A stretch of 64,000 bases of DNA from contig CALWRH010000001.1 in the NCBI GenBank assembly GCA_944383895.1, forward strand, positions 57,199-121,198. Reading direction: 5' to 3'. Within the stretch, counting starts at the first letter, position 1; each line of letters begins with the position of its first letter. This document shows, piece after piece, positions 10,040-20,367 of the stretch. A program made the position numbers and the translations under genes. This stretch comes from an uncultured Christensenellaceae bacterium (GTDB lineage Bacteria; Bacillota; Clostridia; Christensenellales; UBA3700). The notes under the pieces are model-generated. The model was not told the DNA's origin and ran no database searches. It saw only the letters and a program-made list of their open reading frames with translations.

Positions 10040-11197
10040 ATGAAAGATCTGATAATCCTGGGCAGCACGGGTTCTATCGGTACTCAGGCGCTCGAAGTAG
10101 CAAGACGATATCCTGACAAGATAAGGGTAATAGGTCTTTGCTGCGACAAAAACACAGATCTTCTCAACAAACAGATACAAGAGTTCAGACCCGAGTTTGT
10201 CGCGATACGCGATAAAGAGGCTGCAAAACGCCTTGAGATCCCGAGCGGGACCGAGCTTTTTGCAGGTGAAAAAGCACCTGAAGAAATAGCATCTGCAAAG
10301 CGCGCGCTCGTACTCAATTCTCTCGTAGGGATAAGCGGACTTGTTCCCACAATGAAAGCGATCGGGGCAGGCAGCGATATAGCTCTCGCCAACAAAGAAA
10401 CACTCGTCGCAGGCGGTGATATAGTAATGAAAGCCGCGAAAGACGCAGGAGTGGATATTTTGCCCGTCGACAGCGAGCACAGCGCGATATGGCAGTGCCT
10501 TAACAGGAACAGAAATGCCGCAAAAGACGTAAAAAAACTTATACTTACGGCGTCGGGTGGTGCTTTCAGAGGAAAATCCAAGGACGAACTCAGGGACGTA
10601 ACTATAGACGATGCGCTCAAACATCCGACGTGGAATATGGGCGTCAAAGTCACCGTCGACAGCGCAACGATGATGAATAAAGGTTTCGAGGTTATCGAGG
10701 CGTCGCATTTGTTCTCGCTCGGAGCCGACAGAATAGATATCGTCGTGCACAGACAAAGCGTCGTGCACTCTATGGTCGAATACGACGACGGCAGCGTTAT
10801 TGCTCAGCTGAGTTTTCCCGATATGAGATTGCCTATACAGCTTGCGCTGTTGTATCCCGAAAGAGGCGATTATTGCTTTAAGCCGCTTTCTTTCGATAAT
10901 CTCAGGCTCGACTTCGAAAAACCCGATTTAGAGGTGTTCGAGTGCTTGAAGATCGCGCTCGATTGCGTGAAAGCGGGAGGAGTTTCTACCGCCGTCCTTA
11001 ACGCGGCAAACGAAGTTGCGGTCGACAGGTTTGCAAAAAAACAAATAAAATTCTACGATATACCATATTATATTAAACGGGCGCTGGATAAGTTCTGTTG
11101 CGGCGGCAATAGCGCGACAAAGCTCGAAGAAGTGCTCGCAATTGACGATGAGGTTAAAAAATTCGTCGCTGACGTTATCGGGAGAGAAAAATTATGA
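10040..11197 (+). CDS. dxr: 1-deoxy-D-xylulose 5-phosphate reductoisomerase
   Basis: ILGSTGSIGTQAL, LANKE, PVDSEHSAI motifs. Confidence 0.95.
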   Translation: MKDLIILGSTGSIGTQALEVARRYPDKIRVIGLCCDKNTDLLNKQIQEFRPEFVAIRDKEAAKRLEIPSGTELFAGEKAPEEIASAKRALVLNSLVGISGLVPTMKAIGAGSDIALANKETLVAGGDIVMKAAKDAGVDILPVDSEHSAIWQCLNRNRNAAKDVKKLILTASGGAFRGKSKDELRDVTIDDALKHPTWNMGVKVTVDSATMMNKGFEVIEASHLFSLGADRIDIVVHRQSVVHSMVEYDDGSVIAQLSFPDMRLPIQLALLYPERGDYCFKPLSFDNLRLDFEKPDLEVFECLKIALDCVKAGGVSTAVLNAANEVAVDRFAKKQIKFYDIPYYIKRALDKFCCGGNSATKLEEVLAIDDEVKKFVADVIGREKL

Positions 11198-12297
11198 CGA
11201 TGATTCTGCTTTGCGTTTCCGCAGGCGAAGTCTTCAAATGGATCGGATATATACTGATCGCGATGGTCTGCTTTATGTTCATGATCGTCGTGCACGAGCT
11301 CGGGCATTATACGGCAGGCAAGATCCTCGGATTTAAGATAAACGAGTTCGCTATCGGGTTCGGTCCCGCCATATTCAAGACAACTACCAATAAAAAAACA
11401 GGCGAAGTATTTTCGATACGTTGTGTTCCGCTCGGCGGTTTCTGCGCTTTTGAAGGGGAAGACGAGGAGGCGGAAACGCCCGAGTGTTTCAACGCTCATC
11501 CCGTATGGCAGAGAATAATCGTCCTCGCGTCCGGCGTGTTCTTCAATTTTTTGAGCGCAGTAATCATACTCAATATCTTTTTTATGACTTACGGAGAGGC
11601 TGTGCCCGTTATTGTCGATACTTATCAGTTTGTCGACGAATCGCATGAGCAGCTTTTTGAGGAAGGCGACAAGATAATAGAGGTAAACGGAAAACCCGTT
11701 TACAGTCTGCTCGAGGCTGGAAAGCTCGGAGAGCTCATTTCGGGCAGCGATACCAACGAATTTACCGTCTTGAGAGACGGTAAAGAAATTACTTTTACTG
11801 TCGAGAAAAGCGATTATTATTACACCTATCAGGACGAGGACGGCAATACCGTTACAGACGAAAAGACGGGGCTCGGCATAACTTACGGGTTCGGACAATA
11901 CAAACTCGGTTATTTTTCGGCGGTCGCGCGCTCTTTCAATTTCTGCGGAGACGTCGTTGAATTGATCTTCAAATCCATAGGTCAGCTCTTTACGGGCGCC
12001 GCAAAGGTCAAAGATACAATGGGCGGCACCATAACGGCTGTTTCCGCGCTCGTACAACTCGGGCAGTCGGGTTTTGCGGCAGTTGCTTACGGCGTAGCGG
12101 TTCTGTCTATCTCGATAGCGTTTATGAACATTTTGCCTTTGCCTGCGCTTGACGGATCGAGGATATTGTTTGCTATAATAGAAGCTATAAGGAGAAAACC
12201 TCTCAACCGTAAGGTCGAAGGTATGATACACGCGGCAGGATTTTTCCTGCTGATCGGCTTGGCGATAACGTTCGACTTGCTGCATTTCTTCGGGTGA
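11194..12297 (+). CDS. rseP: RIP site-2 metalloprotease (M50, RseP/YluC family)
   Basis: HELGHY zinc motif in the first TM region, a central PDZ-like segment, C-terminal NxxPxxxLDG (NILPLPALDG). Confidence 0.9.
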   Translation: MTMILLCVSAGEVFKWIGYILIAMVCFMFMIVVHELGHYTAGKILGFKINEFAIGFGPAIFKTTTNKKTGEVFSIRCVPLGGFCAFEGEDEEAETPECFNAHPVWQRIIVLASGVFFNFLSAVIILNIFFMTYGEAVPVIVDTYQFVDESHEQLFEEGDKIIEVNGKPVYSLLEAGKLGELISGSDTNEFTVLRDGKEITFTVEKSDYYYTYQDEDGNTVTDEKTGLGITYGFGQYKLGYFSAVARSFNFCGDVVELIFKSIGQLFTGAAKVKDTMGGTITAVSALVQLGQSGFAAVAYGVAVLSISIAFMNILPLPALDGSRILFAIIEAIRRKPLNRKVEGMIHAAGFFLLIGLAITFDLLHFFG

Positions 12298-12300
12298 ACT

Positions 12301-13332
12301 ATGACGAAAAAGGTTAAAATCGGCAACATTACTATCGGCGGCGGCGAAAAAATAGCCGTGCAGTCCATGACAAACACAAAAACAAGCGATATCGACGCTA
12401 CTATCGCTCAGCTTGAGGCTCTCAGAAAGGCAGGATGCGATATAGCGCGTTGTTCCGTTCCCGATGCGGCAAGCGCAAAAGCGCTCAAAACGATAGTCGC
12501 AAGTACGGACATGCCAATAGTCGCAGACATACATTTCGATTACAGGCTTGCGATCGCTGCGGCTGACGCAGGTGCGGCAAAGATAAGGATAAATCCAGGC
12601 AACATCGGCGATGAAAGTAAAGTCGAATATCTCGCTAAATACCTTAAAGAAAGAGAAATACCTATAAGAATAGGCGTCAACGGCGGCTCACTCGATAAAA
12701 AATACGAATGTATGCCGCTTGCTAAGGCTATGTGCGAGAGCGCGCTCGAGCACGTCGCTCTCCTTGAAAAACACGGCTTTTACGATATAGTAATATCCGT
12801 AAAATCTTCCGACGTGATAAATACAATAAAGGCTTACAGACTTTTGTCTGAAAAATGCGATTATCCTTTGCACGTCGGCGTGACAGAGGCGGGAATATAT
12901 GAAAAAGGTCTGATAAAATCCGCTATAGGCATAGGCTCTCTTCTTTGCGACGGCATAGGAGATACGATAAGAGTTTCTCTGACCGACGATCCCGTAAAAG
13001 AAGTCTACGCGGCAAAAGAAATACTCAAAGCGATCGGCAGATACGACGGAGCGTATGCCGAAGTGGTTTCTTGTCCGACTTGTGCGAGAACGTGTATCGA
13101 CGTGCAGGGTATAGCGACAAAGGTTGAAGAATACGCCCGCACTCTCGACAAAAGCGTAAAGATAGCGGTAATGGGCTGCGTAGTCAACGGTATAGGAGAA
13201 TCCAAGGGTTGCGACGTAGGCGTAGCGGGCGGCAAGGATAAATCCGTGATATTCAGGGACGGAAAAATCATAGCCACCGTGCCCAACGAGAGAATACTCG
13301 ACGAGCTCAAAAGGGCAATAGATACGATATAA
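12301..13332 (+). CDS. ispG: 4-hydroxy-3-methylbut-2-en-1-yl diphosphate synthase
   Basis: IAVQSMTNT, RINPGNIG and the C-terminal Cys triad context (SCPTCAR...GCVVNG). Confidence 0.95.
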   Translation: MTKKVKIGNITIGGGEKIAVQSMTNTKTSDIDATIAQLEALRKAGCDIARCSVPDAASAKALKTIVASTDMPIVADIHFDYRLAIAAADAGAAKIRINPGNIGDESKVEYLAKYLKEREIPIRIGVNGGSLDKKYECMPLAKAMCESALEHVALLEKHGFYDIVISVKSSDVINTIKAYRLLSEKCDYPLHVGVTEAGIYEKGLIKSAIGIGSLLCDGIGDTIRVSLTDDPVKEVYAAKEILKAIGRYDGAYAEVVSCPTCARTCIDVQGIATKVEEYARTLDKSVKIAVMGCVVNGIGESKGCDVGVAGGKDKSVIFRDGKIIATVPNERILDELKRAIDTI

Positions 13333-13471
13333 TAATATCGGTTATTAATCTTTCAGATTATTATGAAAATTGACGTAATTTAGAATATAATTTGTAAAAT
13401 TCAGAAGTTAAACGGCTGGATTTTATAAAAAAATAATAAAAACGAAAGGACAGAGATAAGAAGTTTTATAT

Positions 13472-15058
13472 ATGTCAGAGATACTTCAGGAAAGAAACGC
13501 AAATACAAAAGCCGACTTTATACGTCTTCTCAATATACGTTTTGACGACGCATATTCCTTTTTGCGCGTGCGTTCCGTCGATCTCGATATCGAGGCGAAA
13601 AGTGTTGCCGTACAGCTCGGCGTACCGTATTCCGGCGACGCGGTGCTGACAGAAGAAGACAAGAAAAAGATCTTATCCTTTGCCGTCGAAATTCTTCCGT
13701 CAGAGTATTCGGTGACGGTAAGTTACAGAAAGTTCGGCGTAGATTCCGAAATAGTTCTCAAACTCATAAAAGAATACGTCACTAAATTTCACAGAGCTTA
13801 TTCTGTTTTGTTGTCGAGCGACAATATTGAGGTGGATTGCGGTGAAAAGACTGTCACTGTCACTATCACTGTCGTGAAATCTGTTGCGGATCTCTTTGAA
13901 AAATGCAATCTCACGGGCGGTCTGAAGGATTATCTCGATTCTTCTTATGACAGAGAAAACGTGATCAAGATCAATTATACTGACAAACTCATCATATCCG
14001 AAACCGCAAAAGAGGAAGTGCCCGTTATAATCGACGATTGTTACATTGAGATCGGCGCGCTGCATAAGCTTTGCGGCAGCGAAATAACGTCGAAAGCCCG
14101 TTACATCCGCGCGTGCAATTCACCGCAGACGGCAATATGCGTAACGGGAAAAGTTGAAAGCATTATTGCAAGAAATTCCAAATCGTCGGGCAATCTCTAT
14201 TACAATTTTACGATAAACGATACCACTGGCGTGATGCGCTGTTGCTATTTTACGAGAAAAGCGGCAAAAGGACCTCTCGATATACTCGAAGAAGGCAGCG
14301 AGATCGCCGTTGTAGGCGATCTGCAGAACGACAGCTTCAGAGGCGGACTTTCGCTTATGGCGAAAAGCGTTAGTCTTTGCAAGATAAATTACGATTCTAT
14401 ACTCACAGAGGAAGATCTGCGCCGCAAAAAGACTTACATACCCGTAAAAGCAAAGCCTCTCGACATAATGACGCAGCAGAACATTTTCGATATTGCGTCC
14501 GACAAGTCCGAATATCTGACAGACAACGTATTTGTCGTATTCGATCTCGAAACGACGGGACTTCTTGACAACGGGGTGCCTTGCAAGATTATAGAAATAG
14601 GTGCCGTAAAGATAGTCGGAGGAGTATGTACCGAATATTTTTCTACGCTCGTCGATCCCAAAATGCACATACCCGAGGGAGCGTCTGCAACCAACCATAT
14701 TTATGACGATATGGTGGAGGACGCACCGTACATTGAAGACGTTTTGCCCGACTTTCTCGCGTGGGTGGGAGGGGCGACGCTTGTCGCTCACAACGGAAAC
14801 AAGTTCGATTTTATCGTACTCAGAAACGAGGCTGAAGAGCTCGGCATGACGGTGCCTAACAAGACAAAAGATACGATAGTCATCGCTCAGGCTTACAGGG
14901 ATAAAACGGGAAGAAGAGGACAACTCAACCTCCGCGTACTGAGCAAAGAGTTCAACATCGAACTCGTTGAGGCGCACCGCGCGTATTACGACGCTTACGC
15001 GACGGCGCAGCTGTTCATCAAGCTTGACGAATACGTAGATCTCGAAAAGACAGGTTGA
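13472..15058 (+). CDS. PolC-like N-terminal domain + OB fold + DnaQ-type 3'-5' exonuclease; no PHP or polymerase domains
   Basis: Residues ~215-300 are colinear with the PolC OB domain (VVGDLQNDSFRGGLSLMAKSV). The exonuclease motifs are FVVFDLETTGL, LVAHNGNKFDF and HRAYYDAYATAQLF. It lies at the polC position upstream of rimP-nusA. Confidence 0.75.
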   Translation: MSEILQERNANTKADFIRLLNIRFDDAYSFLRVRSVDLDIEAKSVAVQLGVPYSGDAVLTEEDKKKILSFAVEILPSEYSVTVSYRKFGVDSEIVLKLIKEYVTKFHRAYSVLLSSDNIEVDCGEKTVTVTITVVKSVADLFEKCNLTGGLKDYLDSSYDRENVIKINYTDKLIISETAKEEVPVIIDDCYIEIGALHKLCGSEITSKARYIRACNSPQTAICVTGKVESIIARNSKSSGNLYYNFTINDTTGVMRCCYFTRKAAKGPLDILEEGSEIAVVGDLQNDSFRGGLSLMAKSVSLCKINYDSILTEEDLRRKKTYIPVKAKPLDIMTQQNIFDIASDKSEYLTDNVFVVFDLETTGLLDNGVPCKIIEIGAVKIVGGVCTEYFSTLVDPKMHIPEGASATNHIYDDMVEDAPYIEDVLPDFLAWVGGATLVAHNGNKFDFIVLRNEAEELGMTVPNKTKDTIVIAQAYRDKTGRRGQLNLRVLSKEFNIELVEAHRAYYDAYATAQLFIKLDEYVDLEKTG

Positions 15059-15187
15059 TTTGCGGGTTTATTTTCAGTCGCGCCTGCGGATAATCCGTTT
15101 AACAGAGAAAATCGCGGATTTTTGCATAAAATCCTGCAATATTTCTCTCTGAATTGCGTAAAATTTGAACAAATACGCAAAAATATG

Positions 15188-15216
15188 TTGATTTTGTATT
15201 TATTGTGTGATAATAT
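15188..15216 (+). promoter_or_regulatory. rimP-nusA-infB operon promoter (TTGATT-17-TGaTAATAT)
   Basis: TTGATT 15188-15193, 17-nt spacer ending in TGa, TAATAT 15211-15216. Confidence 0.5.
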
Positions 15217-15281
15217 ATACACAAGATAGTATTGACTACTAAGCGGCTGACATCAGTCGCTTTAATTATGTAAGGAGAGAT

Positions 15282-15749
15282 ATGTCTAAAATTTGCGACA
15301 GCGTACAACATCTTATTCAGCCTATATTGGACTCTATGAATATAGAGCTCGTTGAAGTCGAATTCAAAAAACGCGGCGAAAACGACAGCTCGCTGACCGT
15401 GTACATCGATAAAGACGGCGGAGTGTCGCTCGACGATTGCGAGGCGGTACACAACGCGATCGACGCGCCTTTGGACGAACTCGATCCGACTAGCGGCAAG
15501 CCTTATACGCTCAACGTTTCGTCGCCGGGTCTTGACAGACCGTTCAAAACTTTGCGCGACTACCGCAAACACCTCGGCGAGGAGATAGAAATATCGCTCT
15601 ACAAGCCTGTCGAAGGCAATAAGAAATTCGATGCCGTACTCGATGACGTTGACGACGGATTCACTTCAGTTACCGTCACTTTGAACAAGAAAACCATACA
15701 ACTAAATATAAAAGACATAGCCCTCGCAAGAGCGGTTATCAAGTTTTAG
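15282..15749 (+). CDS. rimP: Ribosome maturation factor RimP
   Basis: Y.L.VSSPGLDRP motif (YTLNVSSPGLDRPF) and position before nusA. Confidence 0.9.
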   Translation: MSKICDSVQHLIQPILDSMNIELVEVEFKKRGENDSSLTVYIDKDGGVSLDDCEAVHNAIDAPLDELDPTSGKPYTLNVSSPGLDRPFKTLRDYRKHLGEEIEISLYKPVEGNKKFDAVLDDVDDGFTSVTVTLNKKTIQLNIKDIALARAVIKF

Positions 15750-15758
15750 GAGGACAAA

Positions 15759-16844
15759 ATGATTAACAAGGATTTTTTTCTTGCGCTCGATCTGCTTGAA
15801 AAAGAAGGAAAAATCGACAAAGAGCTGACGCTCAGATCGCTTGAGGCAGCTATTGCCGCAGCTTACAAAAGAGAGTCAGGCGAAGCACGTCCCGTTAGCG
15901 TTCAGATCAACGAACAACGCAATCAGATCAGGATCGTCGCTTACCAGGAAGTTGTCGAGACCGTCGAGGATCCTGAAAAAGAGATATCTCTCGAAGACGC
16001 TAAGAAGATCAAATCTTCTTACAAAGTAGGCGACCGCGTAGTAGAAGAAATCACTCCCAAAGTGTTCAGCCGTATCGACGTTCAGACCGCAAAGCAGGTC
16101 TTTATGCAAAGACTTATGGACGAGCACAAGAAGATCACCCTTGAGGATATGACTCAGAAAGAAGGCGAGATCGTTACCGCACAGATCAGAAGAATTGACG
16201 GTGACAGGATATATCTCGATATTTCCGGTTCTCAGATGGAAGGCGTTATGATGCCTCAGGACCAGATCAAGGGCGAGATTTACAAACAGGGCGACGTCCT
16301 CAAAGTATACGTCAAGAATATACGCACCGATTTCAAGGGCGGCTCTCAGGTCATGGTGTCCAGATCTCACCGCGATTTCGTAAAAAGACTTTTCGAAATG
16401 GAAGTACCCGAGATCAAATCCGGTCTTGTTAAGATCAAGAAGATCGTCAGAGAGGCGGGTTACAGAACCAAGATGGCTGTTTATTCTGACGACCCGAGCG
16501 TAGACGCAGTCGGCAGCTGTATCGGTCAGAGAGGTATGAGGATCAACGGTATCGTCGGAGAGCTCAACGGAGAAAAGATCGACGTTATCGGTTGGTGCGC
16601 AGATCCGCTCGAATACATTGCCCGCGCGCTCAGTCCCGCTAAAGTCATCATGGTACAGGTAAATGACGAAGATAAGAGCGCAAAAGCGATCGTTGCCGAT
16701 GACAAACTTTCTCTCGCTATCGGTAAGCAGGGGCAGAACGTCCGCTTGGCAGCTAAGCTGACAGAGTGGAAGATCGACGTAAAACCGTATTCTTCTGTCG
16801 AAAACATAGTTGCTGCTCCGAGCAATGCAGAGGACGGAGAATAA
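15759..16844 (+). CDS. nusA: Transcription termination/antitermination factor NusA
   Basis: S1 and tandem KH regions (CIGQRGMRINGIV...AIGKQGQNVRLAAKLT). Confidence 0.95.
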   Translation: MINKDFFLALDLLEKEGKIDKELTLRSLEAAIAAAYKRESGEARPVSVQINEQRNQIRIVAYQEVVETVEDPEKEISLEDAKKIKSSYKVGDRVVEEITPKVFSRIDVQTAKQVFMQRLMDEHKKITLEDMTQKEGEIVTAQIRRIDGDRIYLDISGSQMEGVMMPQDQIKGEIYKQGDVLKVYVKNIRTDFKGGSQVMVSRSHRDFVKRLFEMEVPEIKSGLVKIKKIVREAGYRTKMAVYSDDPSVDAVGSCIGQRGMRINGIVGELNGEKIDVIGWCADPLEYIARALSPAKVIMVQVNDEDKSAKAIVADDKLSLAIGKQGQNVRLAAKLTEWKIDVKPYSSVENIVAAPSNAEDGE

Positions 16845-16847
16845 ACA

Positions 16848-17117
16848 GTGAAAAAGGTTCCCGAAAGAACTTGCATAGCATGCCGTACCGCTAAGCCGAA
16901 AAACGAACTCATCAGAGTCGTGCGCGATCCCGAAGGCAATATTTCTCTCGACTTTACGGGCAAGAAAAACGGCAGAGGCGCGTACATATGCAAGGACAGA
17001 GCATGTCTTGCAAAGTGCGCAAAATCCAAAGGCCTTGACAGGGCGTTCGGATGCAAGGTAGACGAAGAAGTTTATCAGAAACTTTTGAAGGAATATGACG
17101 AAAACGACGGGAATTGA
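16848..17117 (+). CDS. ylxR: YlxR/RnpM (DUF448) RNA-binding protein
   Basis: GTG start. ERTCIACR...GRGAY.C motif. Conserved position after nusA. Confidence 0.85.
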   Translation: MKKVPERTCIACRTAKPKNELIRVVRDPEGNISLDFTGKKNGRGAYICKDRACLAKCAKSKGLDRAFGCKVDEEVYQKLLKEYDENDGN

Positions 17118-17397
17118 CAGTTATCTCGGTTTTGCCGTAAGGGCAAACAAAGCCGTTTTCGGACTCGAAAGTCTGCTGAGGATGAAGGACTCGCCCGAAG
17201 TCGTACTTTATGACGAAAGACTCGGAAACAGCGCGAAACGCAAAGCACAGTTTTTCTGCGATAAGAAAAACGTTGCGTTTTTAGAAGTAAGCGAAGGGTA
17301 TCTCAATGAAACCCTCAAAAGAAACAATGTAAAAATCGTCGCGGTTTCAGACAAATCGCTGGGCGAACAGATTAAACGAATACTTGCGTCAAAGTAG
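17095..17397 (+). CDS. ylxQ: L7Ae-family ribosomal-protein-like YlxQ
   Basis: 100 aa, LGFAVRANKAVFG pattern, conserved slot between ylxR and infB. Confidence 0.8.
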   Translation: MTKTTGIDSYLGFAVRANKAVFGLESLLRMKDSPEVVLYDERLGNSAKRKAQFFCDKKNVAFLEVSEGYLNETLKRNNVKIVAVSDKSLGEQIKRILASK

Positions 17398-17423
17398 ATC
17401 CGGACGCAATACGGAGGTAGTTT

Positions 17424-20012
17424 GTGGCTAACGAAAACAACACGACTGAAAAGGTAGATTACACCAAAAACCTGAAGGAGGTAGGAGATTTTGTCAATGA
17501 CAAAGTCAAGCCGCTTATTGCAAAAGTCATAGCGTCCAAAGCGAGCGTAAAAGACGCTCTCGATAAGGTCGCCGAGATAAAAGCGGAGCTTACCAGACAG
17601 GCTCAGGAAGAGTTGCAGCGTATCGAGGAAGAGGAAAAAGCTCTTGCCGGAGAAACTGCCGTTGAGGAAAGCAGTCAACCTACCGTAGATACCGAAGAAA
17701 CGCCTGAAGAAAGCGTTGCGGAAACCGTTGAAACTCCCGAAAAGGCAAAAACGGAAGTAAAAGAAGAGGTCAAAACGACTGCTCCCGTCGAAGAGGTCAA
17801 AGCGCCCAGGAAGGAAGAAAGACCCGTGCAGAAACCTTCTCAGCCGAGGACGTACATCAATCCCGACGCTCAGATCGGCGGAAGAAGAGACGGTCAGAGA
17901 CCGCAAGGCGCATACAACAATCAAAGACCTCAGGGAGATAAGCCCCGTCGTCCCGGTGCTCCGCAAGGACAGCAGGGCGGTTATCAGAGACCGCAAAGCG
18001 GTATGCAGACCAGAGTCTTCGAGGCTCCCGTACAGGCTAATAACAACAACCAATTCAAAAAAGACAATAAGAAAAAGCAGGGCGTAAAGGACGACAACAA
18101 GAAAGGTCTCAGCAAACGCGATCTGCTTAAAAAAGGCTACGTTTACGAAGGCGGAGACGACGAGGACGGACAGGTCAGACACGTCAAAGTACGCAAGACG
18201 GGCAAGAAAGAAGTGTTTACTCCGCAGGCTATCGTTATCGAGCATGCAGTTATAAATACCGATCCCGTCGCTATAAAAGTTTTGAGTGAAAAGATAGGCA
18301 AGTCGTCTACCGAAATAGTCAAAAAGCTGTTCGATATGGGTAAATTCGCAACAATCAACGACAGCATCGACTTCGATACGGCAGAATTCGTCGCGCTCGA
18401 TTACGGCATAACGCTCGAACTTAAGCAGGATACCACCGCTGAAGACAAACTCAACGAACTTACGCACGTCGAATACAGCGAAGACAAAATGAAAAAGCGT
18501 CCGCCGATCGTTACGATCATGGGTCACGTCGACCACGGCAAGACGTCGCTGCTCGACTATATCAGAAAGAGTAACGTCGCACGCGGCGAGGCAGGCGGCA
18601 TTACTCAGCACATCGGTGCTTATTCTATCGAAGTAAACGGCGAAAAGATCACCTTCCTCGATACCCCGGGACACCAGGCGTTTACCGCTATGAGAAGACG
18701 CGGCGCAAACGTTACCGATATCGCTGTAATAGTAGTTGCGGCTGACGACGGCATAATGCCGCAGACAGTTGAGGCTATCAACCATGCAAAAGACGCAGGC
18801 GTATCCATTATCATTGCGGCAAACAAGATCGATAAGCCTACTGCTAATCTCGAGAACCTCAAGCAGCAGCTTGCAGCTCACGACGTACTTGTCGAAGAGT
18901 GGGGCGGCGACGTTATGATGTGCCCCGTAAGCGCAAAGACGGGACAGGGCGTACCCGAACTGCTCGAAGGTATTCTGCTCGTTGCAGAAGTGCTCGATCT
19001 CAAGGCCGTCGAAGATTGTCCCGCGCAAGGCTCTATTATCGAGGCAAGACTCGACAAAGGTCTGGGACCTGTCGCGACCGTACTCGTTCAGAGCGGTACG
19101 CTGCACGTTTCGGATTACGTCGTAGCAGGCACGTGCATAGGCAAGATACGTTCCATGACCGATTTTACGGGCAAACGCGTAAAAGAGGCGAAACCCTCGT
19201 TCGCTGCACAGGTACAGGGCTTTACCGAAGTGCCGAATGCGGGTGACAAACTCGTTGTCGTAAGCGACGAAAAACTCGCTAAAGAAGTCGCTGCCGAAAG
19301 AGCTGCAAAAGAAAGGATCGAGATGCAGAACCGTACCGCAAGCGCGAAGACTCTCGAAGATATGTTCAAGAACGTATCCGACGAAGAGGTCAAGTCTCTC
19401 GCAGTAATTATCAAAGCCGACGTTCAGGGTTCTGCCGAGGCTATGAAACAGTCTTTGCTCGAGATCTCTGACAAGATGAAAGACGACAACGTCAAGATAT
19501 CCATAATCCATGCGGGAGTCGGTGCGATAAGCGAAGGCGACGTAAACCTTGCTTATACTTCCAACGCGATCATACTTGCGTTCAACGTCAAAGCCGAACC
19601 CAAGGCAAGACAGCTTGCAGAGAGAAGTTCTATCGAGATAAGATACTACCGCGTTATTTACGAGGCAATCGAAGATATCCAGAGCGCGCTCAAAGGCATG
19701 CTCGAGCCCGTATATAAAGAAGAGATCGTCGGACACGCAGAAGTCAGAGCGACTTTCAGAATCAGCGGCGTCGGTCTTATCGCAGGTTGCTACGTTACGG
19801 ACGGAAAGGTTGCAAGAACCAACAAGGCAAGACTTATCCGCGACAATATCGTCGTATTTGACGGCAACATCGCATCCCTCAAGAGAGAGAAGAGCGACGC
19901 AAAAGAAGTCGCAAGCGGTTACGAGTGCGGTATCGGACTTGAAAAATTCGGCGATATAAAGGAAGGCGACGTCATCGAAGCTTACGAAATGATACAGGTG
20001 AAAAATGAATAG
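17424..20012 (+). CDS. infB: Translation initiation factor IF-2
   Basis: GTG start after GGAGG. Low-complexity N-terminus. G domain [21 protein letters not shown]. Confidence 0.97.
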   Translation: MANENNTTEKVDYTKNLKEVGDFVNDKVKPLIAKVIASKASVKDALDKVAEIKAELTRQAQEELQRIEEEEKALAGETAVEESSQPTVDTEETPEESVAETVETPEKAKTEVKEEVKTTAPVEEVKAPRKEERPVQKPSQPRTYINPDAQIGGRRDGQRPQGAYNNQRPQGDKPRRPGAPQGQQGGYQRPQSGMQTRVFEAPVQANNNNQFKKDNKKKQGVKDDNKKGLSKRDLLKKGYVYEGGDDEDGQVRHVKVRKTGKKEVFTPQAIVIEHAVINTDPVAIKVLSEKIGKSSTEIVKKLFDMGKFATINDSIDFDTAEFVALDYGITLELKQDTTAEDKLNELTHVEYSEDKMKKRPPIVTIMGHVDHGKTSLLDYIRKSNVARGEAGGITQHIGAYSIEVNGEKITFLDTPGHQAFTAMRRRGANVTDIAVIVVAADDGIMPQTVEAINHAKDAGVSIIIAANKIDKPTANLENLKQQLAAHDVLVEEWGGDVMMCPVSAKTGQGVPELLEGILLVAEVLDLKAVEDCPAQGSIIEARLDKGLGPVATVLVQSGTLHVSDYVVAGTCIGKIRSMTDFTGKRVKEAKPSFAAQVQGFTEVPNAGDKLVVVSDEKLAKEVAAERAAKERIEMQNRTASAKTLEDMFKNVSDEEVKSLAVIIKADVQGSAEAMKQSLLEISDKMKDDNVKISIIHAGVGAISEGDVNLAYTSNAIILAFNVKAEPKARQLAERSSIEIRYYRVIYEAIEDIQSALKGMLEPVYKEEIVGHAEVRATFRISGVGLIAGCYVTDGKVARTNKARLIRDNIVVFDGNIASLKREKSDAKEVASGYECGIGLEKFGDIKEGDVIEAYEMIQVKNE

Positions 20013-20367
20013 GCTTGACAGGATAAATTCAGAACTCAAAAGACAGCTTTCTATTATCCTTCACGACGGAGTGAGAGATCCGAGAGTCAGAGGCATGATA
20101 AGCGTTATGGACGTAAGCGTTGACAAGGATCTTACTCTCGCAAAGGTATACGTCAGTATTTTCGGAGCAGATGGCGCAGAAGACGAAGTCCTCGCAGGGC
20201 TCAACAGCGCGCAGGGATATATAAAATCCAGGCTCAAGAACATGATGATACTGCGTGCGATACCTGCGCTCAGATTTATTCTCGACACCTCGATAAGCTA
20301 CGGCATGAGCATGGATAAACGCCTTACGGAGTTAAATAAAAATGACGGTAAAGGAACAGACAATTGA
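20005..20367 (+). CDS. rbfA: Ribosome-binding factor A
   Basis: RI.SELKR.LS.I....V.DPR....SV.DV.VS.DL..AKVY pattern. Confidence 0.9.
   Translation: MNRLDRINSELKRQLSIILHDGVRDPRVRGMISVMDVSVDKDLTLAKVYVSIFGADGAEDEVLAGLNSAQGYIKSRLKNMMILRAIPALRFILDTSISYGMSMDKRLTELNKNDGKGTDN

Noticed and set aside
17208-20039. A 943-aa ORF antisense to infB. Similar long antisense frames lie at 1049-2263, 5013-6374, 6761-7663, 9105-10007, 11068-12534, 14120-14977, 42530-43123, 43496-44242, 52732-53874, 54776-55408, 55706-56485, 57283-58308 and 59837-60703.
   Set aside because: Each lies fully inside a confidently identified gene on the other strand. Their translations are low-complexity (F/V/R/Y-rich) with no recognisable motifs or RBS. 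They are the expected shadow frames when the sense strand avoids TTA, CTA and TCA codons.
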